The translations under genes and the position numbers were made by a program. Positions 12,850-27,149 of a stretch of DNA of 64,000 nucleotides are shown one piece after another; the stretch's first letter is position 1; each line of letters starts with the position of its first letter. Source of the DNA: Eledone cirrhosa. Its lineage: Eukaryota. A model generated the notes under the pieces. It saw only the letters and a program-made list of their open reading frames with translations, did no database searches and was not told where the DNA came from. Where the stretch lies: positions 380,122,001 to 380,186,000 of the forward strand of contig OZ024741.1 of NCBI GenBank assembly GCA_964016885.1, given 5' to 3'.

Positions 12850-13290
12850 CTCTCCAGAGAGATATATGGAGACAGATTTGTAAACGAACGCGACCACATG
12901 TCATCGAACATGACCACATGTCGGATAGGCAGTGTAAATGCACGTTTCCTGGGATCATATTGGAAGCAGGACATCCTTCTGAACGATCGCAGCTCACTAA
13001 ACATCTAGTGACCGAATATTGCTAGCTGTTGGTTTATATCAAACACCTGTGGTCACGTCTAGGACGGATCCGACAACTGATTCCATTGTGAAGATCACCC
13101 CACCTTTAGAAAAGATAAACATGCTCATTTTCTCTGCCTGGTGGCCATGACGAAAGTGGGCGGGTGGTGGAGGGCTTGAAAGGTTTGAAGACAGCCACCG
13201 TCCTCTTCTGCGAAACCCGGATGAACTTTTCCAGATTTCTTTTCGATGAGTGCAGCAGGACGACGATTTCATCGCCATGCGCGCACCTTG
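12850..13290 (+). pseudogene. Internally deleted Tx1-like LINE (APE start joined to ORF2 3' end)
   Basis: IGSVNARFLGSYWKQDILLND, then sequence matching 51590-51840. Confidence 0.6.
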
Positions 13291-13299
13291 GACTGGTAC

Positions 13300-14350
13300 G
13301 ACTGACGGACTTTCATGCCAGCATAGTTTATTTCGAACCGGCAAAGTTCTTCGGTAGCAATTTCAGGTCAGAGATTTCTGGAAGTTGTCCATGGGCCCTA
13401 CACGGAAATTCCTCTGGAAAAGAATGGCTAGTTGAATGTTATCAACGCCCAGAATCTCCCCAAGAACATCGTCGATTTTTTTCTGCCTCTAACGCTCTAT
13501 AGAATGCTAAGTTTTCACCGATCATACTGCCCGATTGGCTCAGTTCTGTACGTGTTTGAAGATATTCCAGTCCACAAGCTCTGGGTTTTTGCTCAACCAA
13601 ATACTGCAGTTTCGTTATGGAGACGAGCTGGGGAAAACGTGTTTAGCAAACACCGACCACACCTGTTCACAATGAAGGAAAAGTTGGACATGTAGTCGCA
13701 ACGCATAATTGTGCATCATCAGCAATGATATACCCTATCCTCAACATATAGGGTTTTAACAGCAGGTGGACGCCGGAACAATAGAACCTGATCCCTTCAC
13801 AAAAGGTGAAATAGTAGACGTTCCATGCCTGTCACACGAGGTTTTGGACAAGGCACAAAAGTCGCGTGGTAGTAGATAAGGACGCAATGTACGCATTCAC
13901 TCTCCCCAAACATTCAAGGATAGCTTCCTATCGGCTCATTTTTGTGTGAGAAGTCCACCTTGCACGTTACTTCGTCCCAGTGTTTGTCCGTCTGGAGGTC
14001 TGGTCCAAAACAGTTCCCGAGTAATTTAACCGAACCTTTCGTCTAGCGACCAACGATGCTGTTGGGTTACATGCCTTTCCAAGTGCGGGGCCCAGCGATT
14101 TTTCCTAGTTAAGTTTTGCTCCTATTACCGTTTCGTACTCCCTGAGAATGGTGCGGATCATCTGAATGTATTTGGTGTTCGACACTACTACGGTGACGTC
14201 CTCGCCATATGTTGACACGGATCTTCCACATCTCATTCATGCGTGATGCTCCTGAACGTTTCCAATCTTTGTAGTAATGACTCAAGAGTCAATACATGCA
14301 AAGGGAACGAAAGGGGGAAACCTTGATGAACAGAGTGCATATTTTCAGGT
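13300..14350 (-). pseudogene. Tx1-like LINE RT/C-terminal fragment
   Basis: Reverse complement resembles 50770-51520 and the same strand as 3950-4500. Confidence 0.7.
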
Positions 14351-14778
14351 ATTAGACCGTTTCAATGCGCTGTGACATCTTCTCCGTTGTCAAATTGCTC
14401 AACATCATGCACTCAATCAGCCATGATGTCCACTTTCGAACTGATTTTATATACTGACTCGAACTTCTACTGTACATATTGAAGACGTTGAGTAGCATCC
14501 AAGACGAATTAATAGCATCTGACAGGATGAATTCTATATCCAGTACGATCTCCAATCCTTTCTCATTCTTCTGTTTCTCCAATATGGCATACTCCACTGT
14601 ATATTTTCTTTTCTTTTATAATCATTTCTGTTAGAAATAACATTTCCTGTAAACCGAATGATCATATTTGTTTCTGTAATATTTTATGACAGAATCAACT
14701 TTCTCCTTTTCTGCTTTCAAATTACGTGTGTCAACATGTCTCAGATTCGGTGGTGTAACCTCAGGGATCTCGCTGATA

Positions 14779-14969
14779 TAATTGTTTCTACCTATGGCAC
14801 AAGGGCAGCAATTACCCAGTACATTACTGGTACTTTATTTTATCGACGCTGTAAGGATGAAAGGCAAAGTTGACCTCGGCGGGATTTGAACTCAGAATGG
14901 AAAGGGCCGTAACTCTATGCGTCAAAGCATGGCGTCCGACCCTCTACCGATACTGCCAATCCACCGCCC
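14779..14969 (-). mobile_element. tRNA-type SINE copy
   Basis: Reverse complement of the SINE consensus, full length. Confidence 0.85.
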
Positions 14970-16190
14970 TCTGATATAATGATACCTATCTTGCTGTGTC
15001 CTGATGTTCATCATTATAACCCTTAATTTCAAGCCCTTTTAACCAATTCTCTCTTCATCAGTTAATAGGTTTTCTACCTCAGGCAAGGAATGTATTCTGT
15101 TATTTTCAGTGTCATCGTTTCTGTTCACTTTACTTTCCAGATCTTTCTCAGCGGTATTATTCTCAACCTCAGCGACATTAATGTCAACAGTGCTGCGAAT
15201 CCCTTCAAATTAAACTCCAGATAACCACCCATTTATTTGTATTGTCCCTGCCTGGTCAGCAAGCCAGTGTTCAGTTACTTTAAACAATTCTATTTCATCC
15301 CAAATTGACTTAATTCATTGCCTAAATTCCCTCTTGTCTAGATTCACTTCTAATCCAGCATTCTATAACAATTCGTTTAATCTCCTTGGCCCATTTCCTT
15401 CATTTGTGTTTGATTTGAGCAGTATCTAGATGAAGATCAAACCGTGCGAGAATCCTTTACCTAATTAACGCCATTATTGACTTAATCATGAGGGTCGTGT
15501 GTTTTAGATTAACCACAGAGCAGATTTTTTTTTATTGAGATACCATCTCTAGAAGCATTGTCAACCATGACTAAAAAGCCCCTTTATCCTATTAAGCTAA
15601 GCAATTGGACGCCAGACCGATGCATTTTCTTTATTTATTTTTTACGGCTTTCGTTTATGGCATTTTACGTTTTTAGATCAAATCTTGCCGATGATAGCTT
15701 TGACTTTCATCTTTATGGGATCGATAAAATATAGTACATGCAACTCTTCCCATCCCTTTAAATGTATGGCCTTGTGCTTAAAGGTAGAAACAATTATTGT
15801 TTCTGTTATTGTTAGTGTTCTTCCATGACGTTATTAATGACATCAGCATGTTCAAGTGCACGTAGGCCATCAGCCTCATATTACTATATAGGAACCTTTA
15901 TACATACACTCATATTCTCTGTTATACCACCCCTAATTTCTCTCTCTCTCTCATGTCAATTCGTTCCGAAGGGGGCAGCTTTTATGGGTCTCCATTGGTA
16001 ATACTTCTTCGTGACGGCTTCCTTGCTTCTATCATGTACAAGACAGCAGTGACAAACCGACAGTTGATAGGCGTGGGAATTGTTCATGTTTAATTCGTCT
16101 CAAATTCATATCAAACTTAAAAACTAATTTCAATCTATTTTCTTCTTCTTCTTCTTCTTCTTCTTCTTCTTCTTCTTCTTCTTGCTACCA

Positions 16191-16378
16191 ATAATTGTTT
16201 CTACTTTTGGCACAAGGCCAGCAATTACCCAGTGCATTAATGGTGCTTTATTTTATCGATCCCGTAAGGATTAGAGGCAAAGTTTACCTCTGCTGGATTA
16301 GAACTCAAACCAGAAAGGACCGTAACTCTATGCTGTAAAGCATGGTGTCCGACTATCTACCGATACTGCCAATCCACC
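16191..16378 (-). mobile_element. tRNA-type SINE copy
   Basis: Reverse complement of the SINE consensus, next to (TTC)n. Confidence 0.8.
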
Positions 16379-16384
16379 AATAAT

Positions 16385-16810
16385 GTCTGTTTTCTTGTCA
16401 TTGTTGTTGCTACAGATGCTGCTGTTGTTGTCGTTGTTGCTGCTACACTTGTTGGTTTAGTTGCTACAGCCACTAAAGATCTTGTTGTTATTGTTGTTGC
16501 TATTGTTGCGGTTGTTGTTAGTTTTGTTGCTGTTGCTTCTACCATACCTGTTGCTGTTACTGCCGTTCTTATTGTTATTGCAACTGGTGTGGGTGTTATT
16601 ATAGTCATTGTTGATTGTACTGTTGCTTTTGTTGTTGTTGCTGTTGCTACTGCTGTTGTTGCTAATACGATTATTGTCATTGTAGCTGCTGCTGCTATTA
16701 TTATTGTTGATGCTGCTCGTGCTGGCTTTGCTGTCAATATTATTTCTGTTGCAGTTTTTGATGATGATTTGTCATTGTTGCTATTGCAATTGTTGTTGTT
16801 GTCTTTCTTG
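16385..16810. repeat. Degenerate (GTT/GCT)n low-complexity tract
   Basis: Trinucleotide periodicity visible in the sequence. Confidence 0.85.
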
Positions 16811-18622
16811 TTTTGATAAAATACCCTTTACATCTGTATTTGGCAAGACCACTGATATTAAATTTTGCGTCAGAACAATCAGTGGATGGGTATCGTATAA
16901 ACAGTGCAATGTTCTTCGTATCTCGCAGTGTCAAACATTTCATGGCTTCAATCAAAAAATAAAATGTCTGATTTTGTTATTGCTAAATATGTTTTGTTAT
17001 TATTTGCCATAATCCTTTTGCTTTAATTTAGCTTAAGGCGGCAAATTGATAGAGTTGTTAGAGTATCGATTAAACATAGTATCGTCTCTCTGCGCTCTGA
17101 GTCCAAATCTCACCAAAAACGACTATACTTTATGTCCTTTTCAGATTGTCTTCATCACGCTCTTTTGAAGGAAGGAAGAAATCAATTGTGTTCAAATATT
17201 GAGAGAACTGGGCTCCAGGAGGTTCTACATTCCCATGACATAAGGGTACCCTTATAAATACATCACGTGCCCTTTACCTTCTCTATCTTTCATGTAACAT
17301 CACTATTTTTCTTGCCTTTCGGAAGTTGATGCTGTAATTGTTGCCGTTGTTCTTTAAAGCCAATTTCGCATTGATTGGGCAGATCAATGATTAAAGATAT
17401 CTTAGCGATGATTTACCTTTTAAACCTACACGAAACCACATTTGAAAGAAAATCTTGAAAACTATAAAACATCACAGTGAGCCCATCACATAAAAAGTGA
17501 AAGTTTATTACACGTTGCCACAACGTTCTGACGACGAATAAAGATATTTTAGGCATTTTAAATCATTGCAAGATTTTAAGGATTAATTCAGAGAGATGTT
17601 GAGTATTATCTTAATGTCAAAACGATAGAGTTTTATTTGAGGGAGATTTAGTTGCTAATTTTGGTAGGTCAAGCAACCACACCACGTAGAAATAACATCA
17701 CTCTATGTGTTTTTTTTTTATAGGGATTGATAAACTAAGAATCGTTAAATAATACATTGCGGTGTTTGTTCAGATAATTTACATTCTGAGCAAATGTGCG
17801 ATGAGCCAGGTGCTAAGATATACCGGTGTTTCTCTTTTCCTTAGATAACATTGATGGCATATAGAAGGGGGCTATATATTTTGGCATTTGCTAGATATTG
17901 CCTTAACATACATGCTGTACAGGAACATGTCAGGTGAAGATGCATAATCAGCCATAACTGACGGAGACAATAATTATAGATATGATAAATTATTATCTAG
18001 CCTTATACGTCGTATCATTTTCGTCAGAAATAATATATCTAGAACTTAATTCGAAATTGTGTAATTTACATTTTCAAAGAGAAGGGTGTACATGATTTAA
18101 TGCTGATTGTGTTGCTATTTCTAGCAAAGAGAACAAACACATAGAGCTCTTCTTGTTACTTCCGCAGCACCAAGCTACCTCGAATTATGTAAACGTGTGA
18201 TCAACGTTGTTCAGCTGCAGCCATCATGTAGTTTATTCAGACATAATGTTTCTCACATTACATTATCTAATGAAACCTGCCTGGTTTTAAACAGTGAGCT
18301 GTGATATCAGAGACTTTTTGCTATAGTTGCAGACAGGCCTAGTGACAGCGAAGATGTTTCTTAATTTTGTTTTTGTCTCCGGTTATAGAAGAGAATATAA
18401 TGATTTCATGAAAATGCTAAGGTATCTGATATAATATCACATTTATTCATATCGATTTATGTAGACAATCTTCAGCTGACCTGTGAGCCAAACCAGTTAT
18501 ATAAGCGTCAATTACAAATTTATAGACAATTAAATGAATAAGCAGATATTGCAAGCAATATTGCAGATACTAGATAAATATCATACACCCAGAGACACAC
18601 GCATATATATATAAAGATATGC

Positions 18623-18678
<56 letters not shown>

Positions 18679-18725
18679 GCCCACACACACGCAGACACAC
18701 GCACACACACACACATACATGTATG

Positions 18726-18781
<56 letters not shown>

Positions 18782-18967
18782 CGGAAATTCTGAATAGTAT
18801 TATTTGCTGGAAATCGAAGAGCAAATCAGTAAGTATTTCTTTGATGTCTTCCATTTTGACCATTTTGATTGCAATCTTTTAAAATGTCTATACAAACACG
18901 CACACACATATATATATTCAAATTAACACACCCACATACACACACACATGCATACATACACACACAT

Positions 18968-19040
<73 letters not shown>

Positions 19041-19060
19041 AATATACATATATATATTTA

Positions 19061-19095
<35 letters not shown>

Positions 19096-19164
19096 GTATG
19101 TATGTATGTATGTATGCATTGATGTGTGTGTGTGTCTATGTGTTATATATATATATATATATAT

Positions 19165-19353
19165 AGGAAAAAGTATTACCCCGACGGCAGAGCTCAAGCC
19201 ATTTCGACGGCTATTTATGTCCAGAAATAGCCGTCGAAACGGCTTGAGCTCTGCGGTCGGGGTCATACTATTTCCTATTTCCCAATCTACTACCCTAATA
19301 TTGAGTACTCTGGTGCGTTATAGTCCATCTGGTTCCTTACAACAATTACTTTG

Positions 19354-19355
<2 letters not shown>
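19165..19355. mobile_element. Head-to-head PLE family B insertion in (TA)n
   Basis: Palindrome centred on GACGGCTATTT(atgtccag)AAATAGCCGTC; long end on the right. Confidence 0.85.
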
Positions 19356-19438
<83 letters not shown>

Positions 19439-22400
19439 GACATGATCCACTTGTTTGTGCGACATGAATAAATTTAGTTTATTTCATATAGACCTCTCAA
19501 TAAATACTGTCCACACTTTTTTAAATACCTATGTAGCGTTTATGAATGAAGTAAAATTAATTTAAAATAAAAGGATCTATAATTTCTGAGAGAGAAGACA
19601 CTATAACTTTCTAACGTGTCACGCATCAAATAATTCGTGAATGTTTGTGGCTTAATTGTTAATGCGTTCAGCTTACTATTGTAGCGTCATGAGATCAATT
19701 CGTGGCTGTATGTTGCATCCTTGAGTCAGTCATTTTATTTTATGTTGTCCCAGTCGTCTCAGTTGACAAAAATAAGTTGTACTTGTAATTTAAAAGTTTA
19801 ACCTTGACAACTTTTGTGTTATGCCGAATCTCTTTGATAATTAGATCAACTTACACGTATGTGTAAACGCTCAGCTACATTGTAGGGCAGGGTCTTCCAT
19901 TGTTAAAACAATTGCTGAAATCATTGGAACTGAAGTAGGTCCAGTATATATACATATGAATTATATCCCTTTACAATCTTAGTTAAAGTTTTGTTGGCAT
20001 TTAGTTTGACCCCCCTTTGGGTAAATAAAATAACTATCAATCAAATACTGGTATCGATCTAAAGTACTCTTCCTCCAACAATAGAAATCAATACTATGAC
20101 ACCTCAATAAAGGAAGATGGCTTCAATTATTGATATCTGATCACATCGGTTACACTACTTATTTCGTCCTTTTAGGTCTTGAGTATAAATATCTCTTAAA
20201 ATATTGTTGATTTATCCCCCGCCCCTGCTGTTAATGAATGTTTATATAGATATGTCTCAACACAATTGGCTATATCATATCTAACAATGGCTGACGTTAT
20301 CTATAACAAACAGTTTCACAAAAATATTTTGTCATTCATTCTTGTTTTTTTTCCTTTGTTTTTTCAGGCATTACTTTTTAATCATATACACTAATTCTAT
20401 TTATTCGTAGTTGCAATATCTGCAGATTTAACATTTATATATAACTAAATATGTAAACATTGAATATTTCTAATTCAATACCCACCAGATTACTCAGCTG
20501 TATCTAGGGAGAGTTTTTCGTTTCACCTTGACTTGTAAAGTGGCTTCTAAAGACTACCGCATTTGGGAGGAAATGAATCAGGTATACTGTGTAGATAGAC
20601 TGCTGTAAAAATGAATGCTAAGCAACAATTATATTCAATTCGTTTTGCCCATTACGCTAGCACAGTTAATTTTATGAGAAGCAAGCATCGTACAATACAA
20701 TGAAATTATTGATTACAGTAAAACATCGGTTTTATTGCGCCGTTAATAAACTCTTAAATTTAAGGTTTTAATTGTCTTTCACACACTTCTACGATTAGAA
20801 TACGATGCAGTAAAACAGAAAAACGATGTTTAAAGAAAATAAAAGTTATATGGTAAGAACGTTTTCAATCGGTAAGCTTCCTTTAAAGAAAGGAAAGTGA
20901 ATATTTATTACTTATGTTATCCCGCTTGTGATTTAGATATTTACTCAAATCTACATGTTTTATTTGTAACACAGAACCACCAATTAAATATTTACGCATC
21001 AAAAGATTTACGCACAAACATTCTATTTTTACGTCCAATTATTGTTTTTTGTTTTGTTCATTCATGCTTTCCCCACAATCATTATGTTCAGTTTAAATTA
21101 ATATTACTCTAATCACTATGTTATCAAACTATATAGCATTGCAAATGAATCATCATATGTCCACCAAGAAAAAAGTCTTATAACTCAAAACATTTCACAT
21201 GGATTTTACCATATACGACCACTTTTGGATAGGAATTAAATGTTTCACAGTATATACAATGTTACACACACTCTTCGTGATAAGTATAATAACTAGAAAG
21301 TATTTAAAAGTAATTGCTCTATTACGTGCAAGATAAAGAGTGTGGAGTATCCAGAGCTGGCACCTGGGTATTTAATACCCTAGGCTAGCGCTACAATGTC
21401 CTAAATTAGATATATTCTGCTTAGATTTGGTTATCCAACAAATATGTTCTGACCACACTAAGAAAAACATTATATATAACACTTCCCCTATTCCTTCTTG
21501 CCAGGTCATGTGAAAAATTATAATACAATCTGACTCTTTCCACCGCTTTGGAAATTTCCACAATGCTGTTATGTGCCGAAATTATCCAGCAATATATTTG
21601 TGGATCGCAGGAATTGCTATTTATTTTATTTTAAGAATGTGTATAAAATTTAAGATTTACTAATGAACCTTTCTAAAATTTAAGATTCACTAATGTACCT
21701 CTCTAAAGTTTACACCTGACACAGTTGCCTAATTGGCCTAAATATTGCGCGGATAATAAGAGTATCCATTGTGGAGGTAAATACCTATGAATTGGGTGTA
21801 TGAGTTTGCGGAAGGGAAGATTTCAAAGGGTAAGTGTTATCTGAATTTGAACCTTTAACTTTTTTCTTCTGCATTCGGTCGAGCTAGCTCTACTATTTCC
21901 CTTATTAATCACTAGATCATCTATCTTCTTTAACACATATCCAAATACCTTCCTCTCATTGCTTTATGAAATTCCTTTAATCGATTTGTTACTATATTTC
22001 GAGTGAATTACATTGCCTGCGTATTTCTGTTAATTTTCAAATTAACCAACGATTTGGAGAACATTAATAAAATAACATTTCATTATTAAGAGGAAATTTA
22101 GAATATTGCTTAGAACACATTATATAGTAATGTTCTAGTATAGAATCGCGGGTGCTTTCAAACGCTGTGTTGTCAACAGATCCTAAAGTATTTCTTCATA
22201 CCTTCCATTTTTTGTAATTTTAGTATGGCAACTAGGTTCCTTCTTGTATTCATGAATTATAATTTTATTTTAATTACCTTTCTAGTATCTTTTATCAATT
22301 GTTTATATTTTTATTAATATGAAATAAGTTAAAGTAAGTTTTTCTATTTAAATGTTTGGTTTGAAATGCGTGCATCTCATCGCAAATCACCATAATAATT

Positions 22401-24199
22401 GTTTCTATCACCATAATAATAGTCGATCATTTAATATAATTGGGTAAAGTGTTCCTGGAGACAAAAGAAAGTGGGCTAAAGCGCATGCAAGATATACCCA
22501 ACATCACTTGGATACCAGATTAGTGCATTACTTTAAAGAGTTACTGGACACCGATTGTGTCTTTTGACAAATTATAAAGTCTGTAATTAAAAGTTTAAAC
22601 AATGTAATTCACTTAAGAAGTATTTGGTAAAATTTGAAATGTTTGAATTCTAATTGAAATCATCATACAAATTAGGAAGATGACCGGTGTAGGTATCGTC
22701 GACTGTCACGCTCCTGAAGTTGGAGTTGTTGAATATTGTTATGATTTTTTCCTAAGTGTACATGCTTTACATTCATATACACTATTACCACATATTTTGA
22801 AACCATAGCATGATCATCTTCGTATTAGCTCAGGCAAATATTCTCATTTATTTAAGATATATTAAGCATTTCGTTGCTGAACAAAATAGATAGCTCTTTC
22901 AGTTGATATAATTTGTAGCGTAAGAATTGAGAAATTGTGTCTTATATTGTGTATAATTAAATTAATATGATTAACATCTTTATGACTTCCTCTACTCACG
23001 TTATAGGAAGTAATTTGATAGTAAACACATCTATTTAAGAAGCACAAGTAAAATATTTTGAGAAGTTGGAAGATATCACTTCGGAAGTTAATTAAATCCT
23101 CAGTTGGTACAATGTGGTCCATATCCTGACTTTCCACGTAAATTCGTAAATTATTAATAGTACTCTACTTATTTTACAGACTGTCTTGTGAGGTTGGTAA
23201 GCTCGAAGTAACAAATTTAAAATTAGTTGCTGCATAAAGAGTATGTACAAAATCAATTCTCCTGAATATTCATAAATAGCTGATAGAAATGTAGAGAATA
23301 AAGCATTAGCTTAATATTATTGAACTCTGATGCAGTTATTCTATTTGAAAATTAAATATATTTCTGATAGCATATTGATATTTAATTTACCACATGGTTC
23401 CATATATCTTACGTAAATTACCGTTAAGCGCTACAGTTTGTATTGGTTTCTAAAATTATTACCTAGCAAAGTATACCATTTCTAAGGTGTAATCTAAAGA
23501 TATTTTATATCCATACAGTAATTCAAATTCATATATTAAAGTAGGCATAGTCACAGCCAAAATAAAGTGTAATATATCATCAAATTCAGTACAACTACAA
23601 GCGTTTAGTTGATCATAACTGAGTCTTCTTTCCGCGTGCGTTTAATAATCATTATATCATTGATTATACGAAGCTAAGACTTTAAGAGATTTTAAATGAC
23701 AAGTCTCTGCTATTTTATATCATGCTAATATAAGGATTTAAGAGATAATATATCAGAAAATCTTTTGTAATCTATTTTTTTTTTCTCAAGTAACTGATTT
23801 ACATAAACTGTTTGTAAGAGTATATAATTAATATTATATATACTGACACATAAATGGTTCAATAGCGAGGAACTATCTCTTGGAACAGATCTATTGGCTT
23901 GAGTAGATATATTGATTAGAAATCAATATATATGTGGGAAGAATAGATTTTAGTCGTTAAGAAATGCTGTTTTCAGAGTTTCATTTCACATTATAGTTAA
24001 GCTAGCCTTCACAAGAAAAATATTTGCAGAAACTAAATCGATTATTTTGTATATTCTAAACATGAATTCGGCCGCAAAATGAAATGCACGGCCCATTACA
24101 TTTAGATGCCCTTCCGGACTAGCAAATAACTGTGGTTTATGTTCAGATTCTGCACCTGAAGATCAGAAACTGTAGAAGAAATGAATTCAGAGTTTTGTA

Positions 24200-24340
24200 T
24201 CCCATGGAGTGAGGGTTGGGGGGAGACACTAAGTCAGGATTAAGCGAAGGTATGTGGATGAGTCTTAATATTTCTTTTAGTTCGAGATCTAATAACAAAC
24301 AGTAAAATAAATAAATTCGAAATATTTTATAACGTAAAGA
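24200..24340 (-). pseudogene. Old GIY-YIG C-terminal remnant (PLE)
   Basis: LELKEILRLIHIPSLN resembles the PLE C-terminal L..KE...I...PSLN motif. Confidence 0.4.
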
Positions 24341-24825
24341 ATGTAAATTTGCAGGGCTTAATCCTTGTCTCAGAGGGAAAAATGCTCCCCTTAAGGTAAA
24401 CAAAGTTAACTACAATAAACCACTAAATTCAAGACAAATTTCAGATGAGAAACTTCACAATATAAATATGGAACACATATAATTCCAAGTAATTTAAATT
24501 TTAACACGATTTGAATGAACGTATACAGCAAGATTGTATATGCCTTACATGCACGCGGAAGGAGCTGGAGGGGAATCTATGTTCATGACTAGCCATGAGG
24601 CTAAACACGAAATATTCCTCTCCAAGGCGCAAGCTTAGGCAAGGTGCTTTAATAGAACACCGATAGGGAAGCTTCATAAAGCACAGGCATTTAAAACGTA
24701 GAGGAACCCATCCGCTTCCAGGTCTCAACACAGCCGTTTTCCTCCATGAACATACATATATATATATATATATATAAAGCGAGTCTTTAACTCCGTCTTT
24801 TCAATTGATATATATATATATATAT

Positions 24826-25171
24826 GTAGATAAATCTACCAAGAGTTTACGGTAGTGTCCAATCCGTATGAAGAACTCAATGTATTCCGGATATCATGGA
24901 AAGAAGAGATGTAATGAAAAATCACTTTCGGTGAAAGATAAACGGTATACAGAGTCAAGATAAAATTATTATTTCTGAAGACGGCGTATATATGTGTTGG
25001 TATGTATATTTAATCTTGATAGTTTGTATAATTTTGTATAATTTTGTACATAGATCTGTTGAATATGCATGCCAATTCTAACACATATATATCCTAGAAA
25101 CGATCGTTAAATAATGAACTTTTTTTGTTTAATATAAGGAACTGTCTCATTGTTTATTCATTATTTGTTTA

Positions 25172-25179
<8 letters not shown>
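24826..25179. mobile_element. Two-armed PLE insert, family D (non-overlapping arms)
   Basis: Compared with the collinear copy at 30540-30870, 24826-24967 is the minus-strand long end and 24968-25179 the inverted upstream part. Confidence 0.75.
24968..25115 (+). ncRNA. Hammerhead ribozyme with ~115-nt stem II
   Basis: ATTATTT-CTGAAGA-[TATATATGTGTT...AACACATATATA]-GAAA-CGATCG-TT-AAATAAT. Confidence 0.7.
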
Positions 25180-25217
<38 letters not shown>

Positions 25218-25222
<5 letters not shown>

Positions 25223-25306
25223 ATACTTTGGGAGGGTCATGTTGCCAATAAGAATTCAACACACGATTTCAAATAAAGAATCTTGCTAAACAAATTCAGA
25301 AACGAA

Positions 25307-25307
<1 letters not shown>
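25218..25307. mobile_element. Minimal 90-bp two-armed family A insert
   Basis: 25218-25254 is the minus-strand short end, 25255-25307 the plus-strand long end; (TA)n flanks. Confidence 0.8.
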
Positions 25308-25337
<30 letters not shown>

Positions 25338-25589
25338 TATCAATTGAAAAGATGGAGTTAAAGACTCGCTTTATATATATATATATATATATGTTCATGG
25401 AGGAATATGGCTGAATCATTAGATAAAATATATACAGTATTTCTTCACCCAATAAGCATAATCAACCAATCAAAAAATGATTTAAACGGGGCTATAAGTT
25501 TAAAGTATACTTATGAAAAAATAATAGATAAATAAATGATAGTCCCCCATGCATACCAGGCTCCCCTCTCCGGGATGGGGGAAATTCGA

Positions 25590-25754
25590 TTAAATCGACC
25601 CCAGTGAATTACTCGTGTTTTATTTAAAGACCCCGTAAGGTTAAAAGGCTAAGTTAATCTCGGCGGGATTTGATCCCAGAAAGTAAAGACCCAGTATTTA
25701 TATACCACAAAGCATGTTGTCCGACGCCCAACCGATACTACCGATCCACCGCCC
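25590..25754 (-). mobile_element. tRNA-type SINE copy (diverged)
   Basis: Reverse complement similarity to the SINE consensus. Confidence 0.7.
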
Positions 25755-26639
25755 TTAAGAATGAGATATAATGAAAGAATTTACTCCATTTATGGCCTGC
25801 TGTTTATCTGCTATGATGTGGGACATATACCCAGACACAAACTAAATTCAAACACCCACACATACACACAAACACACACACACACACACAAACCCACATA
25901 CATACCCACACAGACAAACATGATGTGCTTTAGCAGATTTTCTGACAGATTCTACTCACGACGTATTGGTCAAAATGGTGTTATTCAGCAAGACGGAACT
26001 CAGAACCACATGATTGCGGAACACACTCCTTAACCACACGGCCATATCCACACCTAAGTTCGATTATGTGTTATAATATAACGTTTGCAGTCGCGTAAAT
26101 CAATTCTTTCTTCTAGTTCATTTTCCCCTTTTCTCTACTATATACGTTTTTTTTTTTTGCTTTCTTTATTTTCCTTTTAAACTCTTTCCCTTTTCTTTTT
26201 TTTAGTTTTACTTTCGTGTTTTATGTTTTGTTCCTCTATTTCGTCTTTCTGGTCTACTACTTTGTCTTAGAATATTTTCATTTTATTCAACGGCTTCATG
26301 AGTTTAGTCAATCATATCGACTCCAGGATTTATTTTAGTCTGGCACTTACGCTATCGATCTCTATTCGTCGAACTGCTAAGTTACGGGTCATGAATGACA
26401 CGATATAAACCACTGTGATTTTTAAGACACTGTTATCATAAATATAGAGAAGGACTTAGTCTTACGTATACATACACATACATTCATACATATAATAACT
26501 GCATGCAGACATGTTTAGAGAGAAATACAATGTAACTCAGAACAAACAGTTCCGCATATGCAATAACATTCGTACCTGCGCATACACAGTTGCCTAAATT
26601 CCAGTGAAATATTTTGGCTTCTGTGTTAATAACCAACAC

Positions 26640-26774
<135 letters not shown>

Positions 26775-27149
26775 CTATCTGCCTATCTATCTCATGGGGA
26801 GAAAGTAATAAAAGAACATACATGCAAAAAAACGCATTGGATAGTGCAACTATTTGAAGACATTTTTTAAATGTTATATTAAATATATTGAATAAACATC
26901 TTTGTAACGAGCGTCTAATATATAACGTGGAACAATGATGGAGGCGCTCCTCCCAAAGCAGTAAGCAATGAGTGAGGCGCTAAGCCTTGTCCAGCTCAGC
27001 GTGGAAGTAAAATGTGGATGCCAGGTCGCTGTTCATGCGGCCAGACACTTTATAGAACACACGTCTTCTTCGCCCCACCATATAGTGAAATGTTCATGAG
27101 AAATACTTTCAACAGTGTTACTTGAGATTACGTCTAAGAGACGTGCCTT

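Larger units (their letters stand above)
24730..25412. repeat. Inward-facing inverted repeat (22 bp + (TA)n + 33 bp) enclosing two nested PLE inserts
   Basis: cagccgttttcctccatgaacat..aaagcgagtctttaactccgtcttttcaattg vs reverse complement at 25341-25412. Confidence 0.8.

Noticed and set aside
16357-16737. Thr/Ala-rich mucin-like ORF
   Set aside because: Degenerate GTT/GCT trinucleotide tract with no exon or domain evidence
19500-24100. Host exons in the unique AT-rich stretch
   Set aside because: No supported ORF or splice structure; small exons cannot be excluded without RNA data
24156-24174. CTGAAGA-TCA-GAAA-CTG-TA hammerhead-like string
   Set aside because: No stem I or II pairing and opposite strand to the adjacent PLE remnant
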